A DNA stretch of 64,000 bases from an uncultured Fluviicola sp. (GCA_964643345.1 CAZXRU010000013.1:13449-77448), one strand, 5' to 3'; counted from the stretch's first letter, positions 48,826-58,812 are shown. Notes: generated by a model not told the origin, from the letters alone. Translations and numbers: made by a program.

Positions 48826-49088
48826 ACAAAAGTTGGAAGTAGTCGCTCTAGTTATTCAACGCGTTGCTATTTAAAGATTGAAAAAATCAATTAGTTTGTG
48901 AACTTCGATATCTCGGCATTTCGACATCTCGATGACCGATGCTCAATGTCCGAGACGTTACCATCCAAGTTGGTATTACGGTTCCCAGTCACTAGCGAGC
49001 TAGGAAAAGATAAGAGTTGACGAAAGGACGAAGACGTTTCAAATAGAATAAGTCTTAACGTCCTGAAGTCTTAATATCTTAATATCCG

Positions 49089-49781
49089 CTACTTGACAAT
49101 CAACTTAAACCCCTTTCCATGAACATTCATAATCTCAATAGCTGGATCCTCTTTCAACGCCTTTCTTAGCTTCGCGATATACACATCCATGCTTCGACCG
49201 TTGAAATAGTTGTCATCTCCCCAAATTGCGCGTAACGTAGCGTTTCTGTCTAGAATTTCATTCTGATTTTTTACCAACAACTGAAGCAACTGGTTCTCTT
49301 TGGTAGTCAGTTTCTTTTCACCTTCTTTTAAGTGCAACAAACGGTATTCTGGCTCGTACTTTATCTTACCGACTTGTACTTCACCGTTCTCCGATTCTTC
49401 AGATACTGTCTCTGAGCGTCTTAAAATCGCCGTAATTCGCGCCAAAAGTTCTTCCATGGAGAAAGGTTTGGTCAAATAATCATCTGCACCAATTGAAAAA
49501 CCTTCCAGTTTATCTTCCTTCATCGACTTAGCGCTGAGGAAAAGAATCGGCACCTTCTTATCAATCTCTCTGACTTCCTTGGCAAGCGTAAAGCCATCCA
49601 TTTCGGGCATCATGATATCGAAAATACAAAAGTCGTATTCCTGCTGATTAAACTTTTCAAAAGCGATTTTTCCATTCTGTGCGAGTGAAACCTCAAATCC
49701 TTTTGATTTCAAAAATGTATGAAGTAGTTGACCCAAATTGATGTCATCTTCCGCTAATAGTATACGTGTTACGTTTTTCAT
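49089..49781 (-). CDS. OmpR/PhoB-family response regulator
   Basis: 230 aa. Receiver domain (LLAEDD...FDIMMPEMDG...LSAKS) plus a winged-helix output domain (...VYIAKLRKAL...VHGKGFKL). Confidence 0.92.
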   Translation of the reverse strand: MKNVTRILLAEDDINLGQLLHTFLKSKGFEVSLAQNGKIAFEKFNQQEYDFCIFDIMMPEMDGFTLAKEVREIDKKVPILFLSAKSMKEDKLEGFSIGADDYLTKPFSMEELLARITAILRRSETVSEESENGEVQVGKIKYEPEYRLLHLKEGEKKLTTKENQLLQLLVKNQNEILDRNATLRAIWGDDNYFNGRSMDVYIAKLRKALKEDPAIEIMNVHGKGFKLIVK

Positions 49782-51397
49782 TTCTCTTCAACTTTAATTA
49801 TCAATGTAAACACTGATCCTTGATCAATTTTACTTTTTACTTGAATTTCCCAGTTATGCAACTCCGCAATGGCTTTGACATAGCTCAGTCCTAATCCAAA
49901 GCCTTTTACGTTGTGGACATTTCCTGTTGGAATACGGTACAATTTATCAAATATTTTGTCCAAATGCTCTTTTTTAATCCCAATTCCTTTATCTGCGACA
50001 CTCAAATAAATCTTTTTACCTTCTCTTTTCAACGTAATAAGTATATCTGGTGCACCATTGCTGTATTTAATGGAATTGTCTAATAAATTAGAGATCGCAT
50101 TGGTAATGTGCATTTTATCCCCGTTGATGTGAATTAATTCGGAACATAAGTCGAGATGGATTTTGCCACCAGCGCTTCCAACTCTTAATTCCGCACTTTG
50201 CACGATCGTGTGAATGACCTCATTCAGCAACACTGATTCCGACTGAAGTTTTAAATCGCCTTTATCCAACGAAGCACTCTGCAAAATCCGCTCAACGAGC
50301 AAACTCAAACGATTATTTTCATCGTTGATCATTTTTACATACGGTTGCACACTGGTGCTATCCGAGCCAATCATGTCCTTGTCATTCATCGCCTCACAAG
50401 CCAATGAAATGGTAGAAATTGGCGTTCTAAACTCGTGCGTCATGTTCGAAATGAAATCATTCTTTAATTCAGAAAATTTCTTTTGTGTTAGAATTGTTCT
50501 AAACATAAACACCATTGCTACTACAATAATCAGAATCAAAATGAGACTGATCGCAAGTGGTAAACCCATTTGTTTAATCAAAAAGTACTCTTGGCGCGGG
50601 AATCGAATATGTAGGAACAGGTCTTCATCTAAAGGATTGCTAGGGAACAACATCGCCTTATGTGACCATGAAGTGTCTATGGATGAGCCGTAATTACTAG
50701 GCGCCTTATCGAACTTAACAAGGTTGTTGTTTTCATCGCTTATCACAAATTCATATTGACTGGGTAAATCATGTCCCTTCAACTCATGTTGAATAATGGA
50801 GTCCAGTAAATCAATCGTTAAGCGCTTCGAAGGATCTTCGTACACATTGTTTCGAAAAGCCTCTAACATCATCTCGTTTACGAAGCGAGCCTTTTTAAAA
50901 ATCTGCTGAATTACGCGTTGATCGAGTTGAATCGCCAGTTTTAATGAATCCTTGCTGACGTGCGCATTGTTCTGAAACAAATCCCGCAATTGACGAACAT
51001 CTCGCGCCAAAACTCGTTGCTCCGCCGTTAATCCAGAAATAGAATCATACGTTTTACCTTTTATGATGAGATAATTCACCATTTCGCCGTTCTCAAAAAC
51101 AGAAGTATCTTGAATGGAAATCGACTCTTGTGCCGACAATAAATTTTGAAATTCTTCCTTTAAAATGTCCTTGTACTGACCGCTAAAATCCTTATTTGCC
51201 AACTGCATGAACTTGCGCATGTCCTCGGCTTTCTCGTGACGGAGCGTAATGCTTTCCATGGTCGTAGAGAATAACTTCGTAAACTCATTGGATTTCCTGT
51301 AATAGATTTGAGCAGATTGAAATGCTTGTATTAAAAGCAGTGCAATCATTGCAACAATAACTAAGACAAGAATGAAGTTAACACGTATCTTTTTCAC
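49778..51397 (-). CDS. Sensor histidine kinase
   Basis: 539 aa with two TM helices flanking a roughly 250-aa periplasmic domain. H-box SNMTHEFRTPIS, N-box LLDNSIKYS, G-boxes DKGIGI and GFGLGLS. Has a 4-nt overlap with the regulator gene. Confidence 0.9.
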   Translation of the reverse strand: MKKIRVNFILVLVIVAMIALLLIQAFQSAQIYYRKSNEFTKLFSTTMESITLRHEKAEDMRKFMQLANKDFSGQYKDILKEEFQNLLSAQESISIQDTSVFENGEMVNYLIIKGKTYDSISGLTAEQRVLARDVRQLRDLFQNNAHVSKDSLKLAIQLDQRVIQQIFKKARFVNEMMLEAFRNNVYEDPSKRLTIDLLDSIIQHELKGHDLPSQYEFVISDENNNLVKFDKAPSNYGSSIDTSWSHKAMLFPSNPLDEDLFLHIRFPRQEYFLIKQMGLPLAISLILILIIVVAMVFMFRTILTQKKFSELKNDFISNMTHEFRTPISTISLACEAMNDKDMIGSDSTSVQPYVKMINDENNRLSLLVERILQSASLDKGDLKLQSESVLLNEVIHTIVQSAELRVGSAGGKIHLDLCSELIHINGDKMHITNAISNLLDNSIKYSNGAPDILITLKREGKKIYLSVADKGIGIKKEHLDKIFDKLYRIPTGNVHNVKGFGLGLSYVKAIAELHNWEIQVKSKIDQGSVFTLIIKVEEK

Positions 51398-51475
51398 TAA
51401 AATGGATTTTCACGAATGTAAATCAAACCCATCTGCAAATGAAGGCGCTTAACGTTTTTTAACACCAAAAAACAA

Positions 51476-51949
51476 TCAAAACATACGCCTTACTGAATGA
51501 AATCGCTTTGGATAGCCTGATGTCTCATAGTGAGTTACGACAACACCATAATGTTTCTTTGAACTTGAACAATGAATGAAATAGATACCTCGCTGGTCGT
51601 TTGAAACGATGATTCCCACATGACCTGGAGTCGTACTTCCAGCTTCCGTTCCTGTAAAAACCATACAGTCGCCCGGTCTAGCTTCCGAGAATGGAATCTC
51701 TACTCCTGAATCGGCATACCCACTGGAACTTCTCGGTGCGTTTACATCAATCGTGCTGTAAGCATAGCAGGCAAATCCAGAACAGTCAAAGCTCACAAAC
51801 GGGTCACTGGTTCCCCATTTGTAAGTTGTGCCCAATTGCTCAAACGAACAAAACAGAAGAGTGTCCACTTTCTCTTCGCGACTCAACTCTTGTGCATTAG
51901 CATCCACCAAAGCAAAAAATAGTATGAAAACTAAAACCCACCGCCTCAT
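51476..51949 (-). CDS. NlpC/P60 (C40) family cell-wall peptidase
   Basis: Catalytic Cys context FDCSGFACYAY and His context PGHVGIIV. I prefer the ATG at 51949 (MRRWVLVFILFFALVDANAQ, a clean signal peptide) over 51979, because a TATCTTTG box lies at 51955-51962. Confidence 0.85.
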   Translation of the reverse strand: MRRWVLVFILFFALVDANAQELSREEKVDTLLFCSFEQLGTTYKWGTSDPFVSFDCSGFACYAYSTIDVNAPRSSSGYADSGVEIPFSEARPGDCMVFTGTEAGSTTPGHVGIIVSNDQRGIYFIHCSSSKKHYGVVVTHYETSGYPKRFHSVRRMF

Positions 51950-51954
51950 AGTTT

Positions 51955-51962
51955 CAAAGATA
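51955..51962 (-). promoter_or_regulatory. Candidate -7 promoter box (TATCTTTG on the minus strand)
   Basis: The plus strand reads CAAAGATA, 5 nt upstream of the ATG at 51949. This implies a leaderless or near-leaderless transcript. Confidence 0.35.
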
Positions 51963-52047
51963 CAACATTCGTGGAACATTTTTTTTGTGAAAATCCCACT
52001 TTAATCGCCAAAAAACACGATTTTTCTAAGTTCTACGTTGTACATTC

Positions 52048-55000
52048 GTGATAATGTCATTCAACACAGGGCGTTTTATAGTTCTTCTGCTGCTTGTGAT
52101 TCCCTTTTTCGGAATGACGCAAACCTCCAATATCCATAAAAAAAAGGTCTACAACTCCGGAAATCCTATTAAACTGGACACGCTAAGTATCTACCCAAAC
52201 TCCTTCAAGGTGAGTTGCAATGGACAGGCATTAGCGCTAGAAGATTACTACCTCAACTATGCGGCTTCGGAGCTTCAAATTTACTCAGAATGCGTTGAAT
52301 TAGAAGTTGAATACCGCGTTCTCCCTATGGATTTATCCAAGGTATATGCCGTAAGAGACACAAGCATGGTTTACTCAGAAGAAAAGGGTTTTAGAGAACG
52401 GTTTTTAATCGGAACGCAAAACACCAATGCTGATATTTTTGGAGGAGTGGGACTTAATAAATCTGGAAGTATTTCACGTGGTATTACGTTTGGAAATAGT
52501 CAAGATCTTGGGGTTAATTCATCGTTAAATCTCGAATTGTCAGGACAAATTGCACCGAATTTAAAACTATTGGCTTCGGTTTCAGACGATAATCTACCTA
52601 TTCAACCTGAAGGAAATACGAACCAGTTGCGCGAGTTTGATCAAGTTTTCATCCAAGTGTACAACGACCGATTTAAATTGATCGCTGGGGATTTTTGGTT
52701 GGATAAGCCGAAGGGATATTTTATGAAGTACAAAAAGCGAGGACAAGGACTCACCGTGAACTACCAGTGGAATGCAGATACCAACAAGGTGTGGAGTACG
52801 CAAGTCAGCGGTGCACTCTCAAAAGGTAAGTTTCAACGACAAATAATTCCTGGAGTTGAAGGGAATCAAGGTCCGTACCGCTTGCGAGGATCCGAAAACG
52901 AGCCTTTTATCATTGTTCTTTCTGGTACAGAAAAAGTCTTCATTGATGGAAAACTGATGGAACGCGGTCAGGAATTCGACTACGTGATTGACTACAACAC
53001 TTCTGAGGTGACCTTCACCGCTAGAAATCAAATCACAAAAGATTCGAGAATTGTCGTGGAGTTTCAGTACTCCGACCAGAATTACGCGCGCTCATTGCTT
53101 CAAACATCCACAACCTATTCCTCGAAAAAGTTTAATTTCTGGTTGAATGCCTATTCCGAACAAGACGCTAAAAATCAAACCTTGCAGCAAGAACTTTCTC
53201 CATCACAGAAAAAAATGTTATCCAATATTGGTGATACACTCTCTCTTGCGCGAATTTCCAGTATCGATTCAGTGGGTTATTTCGAAAATCAGAACTTGTA
53301 CCGGTTGACCGACTCGCTCGGTTACGATTCAGTCCTTGTTTATTCTGTGAATTCTGCAGTTGCCAACTTTAGCGCCACTTTCGAGTTTGTGGGCACTGGA
53401 AATGGAGATTATGTCCTGAACAATTACAATGCATTGGGAAAGGTCTTTAAATGGGTGCCACCTGTTGCTGGAGTATCGCAGGGAGATCATCAACCATCAC
53501 GACTCATCATCACCCCGAAGCAGCGACAAATGGTCACGATGGGTGTCAACGCTCAACTCACCAAATATTTAACGCTAGAATCAGAAATAGCCTATACCAA
53601 AAATGATATCAATACCTTTTCAAAATTTGATGCACGCGACGATAGAAGCTTTGGGGGACGAGCTAAGCTCATTGGTGATTTACCGCTTTCCAAAGATTCC
53701 CTTCCTAAATGGCGACTTCGAACTGGATTAGAAGTTGAAACCCGCGATCGGTACTTTACTCCGATTGAAGAATATCGAGCGGTAGAGTTTGATCGTGATT
53801 GGAATACACGGAATCAAGGATTTGAAGGAAATCAGTTGGCGACAACGTTGAGCACCAATTTCATCCATAAAAACTATGGAAATTTCAATTTAGAAGGACA
53901 GCAATTCCTTATTGGTAGTGATTATACCGGTCTCAGAGGCGCATTTGACGGTCGATGGAATCAAAAAGGGTTCGCTGCTGTTTGGGACTTCAGTTATTTA
54001 TCAAGCGATGCTCTCAATACCAATGAATTTATACGACACCGCGCTGATATCTCTCAGAAATTAGGTTGGTTTAGAATTGGATATAAAGATGATCACGAAA
54101 TGAACCGTTACCGAAGTGATATTTTGAATACGAACAGCTATCAATTTTTTGATTATCAATTTTACATCGCAAACGGTGACACCAGTAAGAATGAGTACAA
54201 GTTATTCTACCGAGAGCGTTACGATCAACTTTCCGATAGCACACGGTTAAGAGGTGCTGCCAAAGCTACCTCCGTTGGTGGCGAAGTTCGATTCAATGGT
54301 TGGAAAAATCAGAAATTAAACATTGTGGCAAGCTACCGTGAACTAAAAATTAGAGACTCCATATTGATTACCCAAGCACCCGAAAATACACTTTTGGGAA
54401 GAATTGAACACGAAATCAATCTGTTCAAAGGAGCGCTTTCACTCACTACTTTTTATGAAATTGGCTCTGGGCTAGAGCTAAAACGTGAATTTCTCTATAT
54501 CGAAGTAAATGCGGGACAAGGAATTTACACTTGGATCGATTACAACAATGATGGAATTAAAGATTTGAATGAATTCGAGGTCGCACAGTTTGTGGATCAA
54601 GCCAAGTACATTCGCGTGTTCACTCCAAGCGATGAGTACGTAAAAACGTATTCCAATGAGTACAATCAATCTCTTTATTGGCGACCAGAGCGCATTTGGG
54701 CTTCTAAAAAAGGGTTTCTCAAGTTTCTTTCGCGCTTCTCTGATCAGGCTCGTGGAAGGATCAATCGTAAAACCAGCATCTTTGACGGCGCTGAAACATT
54801 TAACCCATTCGCAACCGTTATCAATGACCCAAGTTTGATTTCTACCACGTCCAACTTGCGAAATACGCTTTTCTTTAATCGAACTTCCAGTATTTTTGGA
54901 GCTGATTACAGTTATCAAAACGTTCGAAGTAAATCGTTGTTAGCAAGTGGGTTTGATTCACGTGCAGATGAATTCAACCAAATCTCATTGCGTTGGAACA

Positions 55001-55491
55001 TTCGACGCAAATTCACCATCAAAACTTCAGGGAAAGTTGGAAACAAAGAATCTAAAGCAGATTACACCTCAGGAAGGGATTTTGAACTGAGTTATTACTT
55101 CATCGAACCAAGCTTTATTTACCAACCCAACACCAAGTTCAGAGTCACCCTAGACGGACGAATCTCAGAAAAAACCAACGCAGAAATATTCGGAGGAGAA
55201 GTCGCCAAAGTCGCTGAAATTGGATCCACGTTTAAATTCAATCAAGCGGAAAAAGGAAGTTTACAGGGTGGAATAAAAATGCTTCAAATTGCGTATACGG
55301 GAATTCAGAACTCGACGCTAGGCTTTGAAATGCTAGAGGGACTGAGACCTGGAATCAACTATACATGGAATTTGGGTTATCAGCGCTCCATTTCGAAGAA
55401 TCTTCAACTTTCCATTCAGTACAACGGAAGAAAATCAGAGGAAAGTAAATTTATCCATGCGGGAGGAATGGAAGTCCGCGCATTTTTCTAA
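52048..55491 (+). CDS. Large predicted outer-membrane beta-barrel protein, function unknown
   Basis: 1147 aa with a signal peptide (the ATG at 52054 is an alternative to the GTG at 52048). Pervasive alternating-hydrophobic beta pattern with abundant Tyr/Asn/Gly/Ser. C-terminal ...GGMEVRAFF is a typical OMP terminal aromatic motif. Confidence 0.6.
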   Translation: MIMSFNTGRFIVLLLLVIPFFGMTQTSNIHKKKVYNSGNPIKLDTLSIYPNSFKVSCNGQALALEDYYLNYAASELQIYSECVELEVEYRVLPMDLSKVYAVRDTSMVYSEEKGFRERFLIGTQNTNADIFGGVGLNKSGSISRGITFGNSQDLGVNSSLNLELSGQIAPNLKLLASVSDDNLPIQPEGNTNQLREFDQVFIQVYNDRFKLIAGDFWLDKPKGYFMKYKKRGQGLTVNYQWNADTNKVWSTQVSGALSKGKFQRQIIPGVEGNQGPYRLRGSENEPFIIVLSGTEKVFIDGKLMERGQEFDYVIDYNTSEVTFTARNQITKDSRIVVEFQYSDQNYARSLLQTSTTYSSKKFNFWLNAYSEQDAKNQTLQQELSPSQKKMLSNIGDTLSLARISSIDSVGYFENQNLYRLTDSLGYDSVLVYSVNSAVANFSATFEFVGTGNGDYVLNNYNALGKVFKWVPPVAGVSQGDHQPSRLIITPKQRQMVTMGVNAQLTKYLTLESEIAYTKNDINTFSKFDARDDRSFGGRAKLIGDLPLSKDSLPKWRLRTGLEVETRDRYFTPIEEYRAVEFDRDWNTRNQGFEGNQLATTLSTNFIHKNYGNFNLEGQQFLIGSDYTGLRGAFDGRWNQKGFAAVWDFSYLSSDALNTNEFIRHRADISQKLGWFRIGYKDDHEMNRYRSDILNTNSYQFFDYQFYIANGDTSKNEYKLFYRERYDQLSDSTRLRGAAKATSVGGEVRFNGWKNQKLNIVASYRELKIRDSILITQAPENTLLGRIEHEINLFKGALSLTTFYEIGSGLELKREFLYIEVNAGQGIYTWIDYNNDGIKDLNEFEVAQFVDQAKYIRVFTPSDEYVKTYSNEYNQSLYWRPERIWASKKGFLKFLSRFSDQARGRINRKTSIFDGAETFNPFATVINDPSLISTTSNLRNTLFFNRTSSIFGADYSYQNVRSKSLLASGFDSRADEFNQISLRWNIRRKFTIKTSGKVGNKESKADYTSGRDFELSYYFIEPSFIYQPNTKFRVTLDGRISEKTNAEIFGGEVAKVAEIGSTFKFNQAEKGSLQGGIKMLQIAYTGIQNSTLGFEMLEGLRPGINYTWNLGYQRSISKNLQLSIQYNGRKSEESKFIHAGGMEVRAFF

Positions 55492-55539
55492 TTGAACCAA
55501 TTCATAACCTTTGTTGTATACAGTAAAAACAACTGAGCT

Positions 55540-56424
55540 ATGAAGTTACATATCAACGAACCCTGCCACGAAGATTGGGACAAAATGAAAATCGGTGTGA
55601 TCTCGCGCCATTGCGATTCCTGCAATAAAAGCGTAATGGATTTCACCAAAATGAACCGTGCTGAAATCATCACCTACATCCTTTCTAATCCGAACGATCA
55701 GGTATGCGGTAGAATGAATCGGGATCAATTCGACTTTCACCATGAGGACATTCCTGTCTTAATCGAAACGTTGAAAAAGTCAAAAAACCCCAATCCCTTT
55801 TTAATTATTGCATTGGTTTGCCTTAGTTTGTCGGCGTGTGCACAAGATCAAGGAGCAATTAAAACTCCTCCCGTAGTTGAGCAGCACATACTGGGAGAAA
55901 TAGCGCCTCCTGTGCCAAAAGACACAATTCCGAAGGATACCACAAAAACGATCAAACGTCCAGTAAAAGGCAAGGTCGCTTGCGAACCAACAACCATCGA
56001 AACAGGAAAGGTAGAGCCGAAACCAACTTATATTGGAGACGTGGTACCTGTCGCTGGAGGAATTGGAATTGAGCCATACGACCCACCCATTTCAAATGAA
56101 CGTTACGTATTTCAATTTGCAGAAAAAATGCCCGAATACAAAGGTGGAATGGACGCAATGTTTGCATTCATAAAGAAAAATTTAAACTACCCTGATTACG
56201 AAAAACGCAATGGAATACAGGGAAATGTATACGTTCGTTTTGTTGTGGAAAAAGACGGTACACTTACTCGACCAGAAATTTTAAGTTCGGTTGAGGGCGC
56301 TAAGAACTTCGATTCAGAAGTACTACGAATAGTCAGAAAGATGCCAAAATGGACACCTGGAGAAAACAACGGTGAAAAGGTGCCTGTTTACATGACGATT
56401 CCCTTTCTGTTCAAGTTGAACTAG
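55540..56424 (+). CDS. TonB-family protein with N-terminal Cys/His-rich motif
   Basis: 294 aa. N-terminus EPCHEDWDKM...RHCDSCNKSVMDFT, a TM helix (FLIIALVCLSLSA), a Pro/Lys-rich linker and a TonB C-terminal domain (YPDYEKRNGIQGNVYVRFVVEKDGTL...PKWTPGENNGEKVPV). Confidence 0.75.
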   Translation: MKLHINEPCHEDWDKMKIGVISRHCDSCNKSVMDFTKMNRAEIITYILSNPNDQVCGRMNRDQFDFHHEDIPVLIETLKKSKNPNPFLIIALVCLSLSACAQDQGAIKTPPVVEQHILGEIAPPVPKDTIPKDTTKTIKRPVKGKVACEPTTIETGKVEPKPTYIGDVVPVAGGIGIEPYDPPISNERYVFQFAEKMPEYKGGMDAMFAFIKKNLNYPDYEKRNGIQGNVYVRFVVEKDGTLTRPEILSSVEGAKNFDSEVLRIVRKMPKWTPGENNGEKVPVYMTIPFLFKLN

Positions 56425-56425
56425 T

Positions 56426-57736
56426 CTATTTCTTCCTGAAAAATATTTTGATCGGAACTCCTGTAAAATGGAATTCATCCCTAAGTCGATTCTCCAAAAA
56501 TCGCTTGTAACTATCTGGAATGTACTGTGGTAAATTACAGAAAAACGCAAATGCAGGAGAATGTGTCGGCAACTGTTGCACGTACTTAATCTTGATGTAT
56601 TTTCCTTTCGTAGATGGTGGTGGCGTTCCTTCAATAATTGGTAACATCACCTCATTGATTTCTGATGTTGGAATTTTACGGATACGATTTTCGTACACTT
56701 CCATCGCAGATTCGAGCGCTTTGTGAATCCGCTGTTTTGTCACCGTAGAAGTAAAAATAATTGGCACATCATTGAAAGGTGCCAGTTGTTCTCTAATTTT
56801 CTCTTCGTAAGCAAGCATTGTTTTGTGGTCCTTCTCGACTAAATCCCATTTGTTTACCAAAACAACAACCCCTTTTGAGTTCTTCTCGATGATGTAAAAA
56901 ATATTCAGGTCTTGCTTTTGAATTCCTTCTTCAGCATCAATCATGAAAATGCACACATCCGAATTTTCAATCGCACGAACAGATCTTAAAACTGAGTAAT
57001 ACTCAATATCTTCCGTCACTTTTGCCTTTTTTCGAATTCCCGCTGTATCAATCAGCATAAAATCAAAACCATAAGCGTTGTAACGCGTGTTGATCGTGTC
57101 TCTCGTCGTTCCAGATATATTGGTGACGATGTTTCGTTCTTGTCCTGTCAACGCATTAACCAACGACGATTTTCCAACGTTTGGTTTTCCAATAACGGCG
57201 ATATGAGGTAAATCATCACCCACACGAACAGATGAATCCTCTGCATCAAATTCTTTAACAATCTCATCGAGTAATTCGCCCGTTCCACTTCCGTTTGCTG
57301 CGGAGAGATCAAATACCTCACCCAATCCAAGCGACCAAAATTCAGCCGATAAGCCAAATCGTTGGGTATTGTCAACCTTGTTGGCAACAATGAAAACTTT
57401 TTTCTTCGCCTTTCTCAACAGCTGCGCAACCACCTCATCCAAATCAACAATCCCCGTCGTTACGTCCAGCATGAAAATGATCACGTGCGCTTCGTCAATC
57501 GCAATTTCTACTTGTTTACGAATTTCCTCTTCAAAAATATCGTCTGAACCTTTTACGTATCCACCAGTATCAATGACTGAAAAGTCGACACCGTTCCACT
57601 CACCACGACCATAGATTCTGTCGCGCGTAACACCACTCACCTCTTTGACGATTGCTGTTTGCGATTCAGTTAAACGATTAAAAAGGGTTGATTTCCCTAC
57701 GTTGGGACGTCCAACTATTGCGATTATGTTGCTCAT
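56426..57736 (-). CDS. der: Ribosome biogenesis GTPase Der (EngA)
   Basis: Two tandem GTPase domains (GRPNVGKST...DTGG...NKVD; GKPNVGKSS...DTAG...NKWD) plus a KH-like C-terminus. I prefer the ATG at 57736 ([16 protein letters not shown]) to the TTG at 57745. Confidence 0.95.
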   Translation of the reverse strand: MSNIIAIVGRPNVGKSTLFNRLTESQTAIVKEVSGVTRDRIYGRGEWNGVDFSVIDTGGYVKGSDDIFEEEIRKQVEIAIDEAHVIIFMLDVTTGIVDLDEVVAQLLRKAKKKVFIVANKVDNTQRFGLSAEFWSLGLGEVFDLSAANGSGTGELLDEIVKEFDAEDSSVRVGDDLPHIAVIGKPNVGKSSLVNALTGQERNIVTNISGTTRDTINTRYNAYGFDFMLIDTAGIRKKAKVTEDIEYYSVLRSVRAIENSDVCIFMIDAEEGIQKQDLNIFYIIEKNSKGVVVLVNKWDLVEKDHKTMLAYEEKIREQLAPFNDVPIIFTSTVTKQRIHKALESAMEVYENRIRKIPTSEINEVMLPIIEGTPPPSTKGKYIKIKYVQQLPTHSPAFAFFCNLPQYIPDSYKRFLENRLRDEFHFTGVPIKIFFRKK

Positions 57737-57744
57737 TTTTTTCA

Positions 57745-57797
57745 ATTGCAGATTGCAGATTTCAAATTGCAGATGGATTCAATTTGAAATCTGCAAT
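57745..57797. promoter_or_regulatory. Cluster of four ATTGCAGAT 9-mers forming an 18-bp perfect hairpin in the era-der spacer
   Basis: Direct copies at 57745-57753, 57752-57760 and 57766-57774, and an inverted copy at 57789-57797. Arms 57752-57769 and 57780-57797 are perfectly complementary with a 10-nt loop. No T-run follows on the minus strand. Confidence 0.5.
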
Positions 57798-57811
57798 TTG
57801 TAATTTGTAAT

Positions 57812-58687
57812 CTAGTATCCGTATTTCTTAAGTTTTTGTGCAGATCCTCTCCAATCCTTATCAACTTTCACAAAGCTTTCCAAAAACACTTTTTTATCTA
57901 TAAATTTTTCCATTTCAATGCGCGCTTCTCTTCCGATGCGTTTCAGCATTTCACCACCTTTTCCAATGATAATTCCCTTCTGAGAATCGCGCTCAACGAT
58001 AATAATCGCACGAATTCGCACAATATCATCCTCTTCGAGGTATTCTTCAATCTCCACTTGGCATGAATAAGGAATCTCCTTTTTGCAGTGAATAAAGATC
58101 TTTTCACGAATCATTTCTGAGATAAAGAAGCGCATAGGACGATCTGAGATAGCGTCCTTATCGAAATAAGGTGGACTCTCTGGAATATTCTTTAAAATTT
58201 CTTCCCAAACACCATCGATGTTAAAACCGTGTAAAGCTGAAATTGGAAAAACATTTGCGTTAGGTAGACGTGACTGCCAATAATCCAGTTTCTCTTTCAC
58301 TGCTTCTTGATCAGAAAGGTCCATTTTATTGATCAAACACAAAACAGGTACTTTTAAGCGTTGAATGCGCTCCAAAGTTTCTTTGTGATTCATCTCGGTT
58401 TCTTTGATATCGGTAATAAAAAGCAAAACATCAGCATCTGATATAGATGCGTTGACATATTCCATCATGTTTTCATGCAACTTATACGCTGCGTTGACAA
58501 CACCTGGGGTGTCCGAAAATACAATTTGATGGTCGTCATCATTTACAATTCCTAGAATTCTGTGGCGAGTCGTTTGTGCTTTTGATGTAACGATCGACAG
58601 TTTTTCTCCCACCAAACGATTCATCAACGTTGATTTACCAACATTTGGACTTCCAACAATATTCACAAAACCTGATTTATGCGCCAT
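57812..58687 (-). CDS. era: GTPase Era
   Basis: 291 aa. G1 GSPNVGKST, G3 DTPG, G4 NKMD and a C-terminal KH domain (VERDSQKGIIIGKGGEMLKRIG). Confidence 0.95.
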   Translation of the reverse strand: MAHKSGFVNIVGSPNVGKSTLMNRLVGEKLSIVTSKAQTTRHRILGIVNDDDHQIVFSDTPGVVNAAYKLHENMMEYVNASISDADVLLFITDIKETEMNHKETLERIQRLKVPVLCLINKMDLSDQEAVKEKLDYWQSRLPNANVFPISALHGFNIDGVWEEILKNIPESPPYFDKDAISDRPMRFFISEMIREKIFIHCKKEIPYSCQVEIEEYLEEDDIVRIRAIIIVERDSQKGIIIGKGGEMLKRIGREARIEMEKFIDKKVFLESFVKVDKDWRGSAQKLKKYGY

Positions 58688-58762
58688 TTCTACAAATTAG
58701 AACTGCAAAGTAACGGAATTTTAATTGATTAGAAAGGAATCTGAGAGGCTAAAAGCAATAAT

Positions 58763-58806
58763 AATGATTCCCAGATTCATCAAAAAAAGTGAAACTGGGA
58801 ATCATT
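58763..58806 (-). terminator. Putative terminator hairpin (12-bp perfect stem, 20-nt loop)
   Basis: AATGATTCCCAG (58763-58774) pairs with CTGGGAATCATT (58795-58806), 7 nt after the stop of the 58813-59874 gene. On the minus strand it is followed by ATTATTGCTTTT. The large loop and weak U-tract lower confidence. Confidence 0.4.
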
Positions 58807-58812
58807 TGTGTA

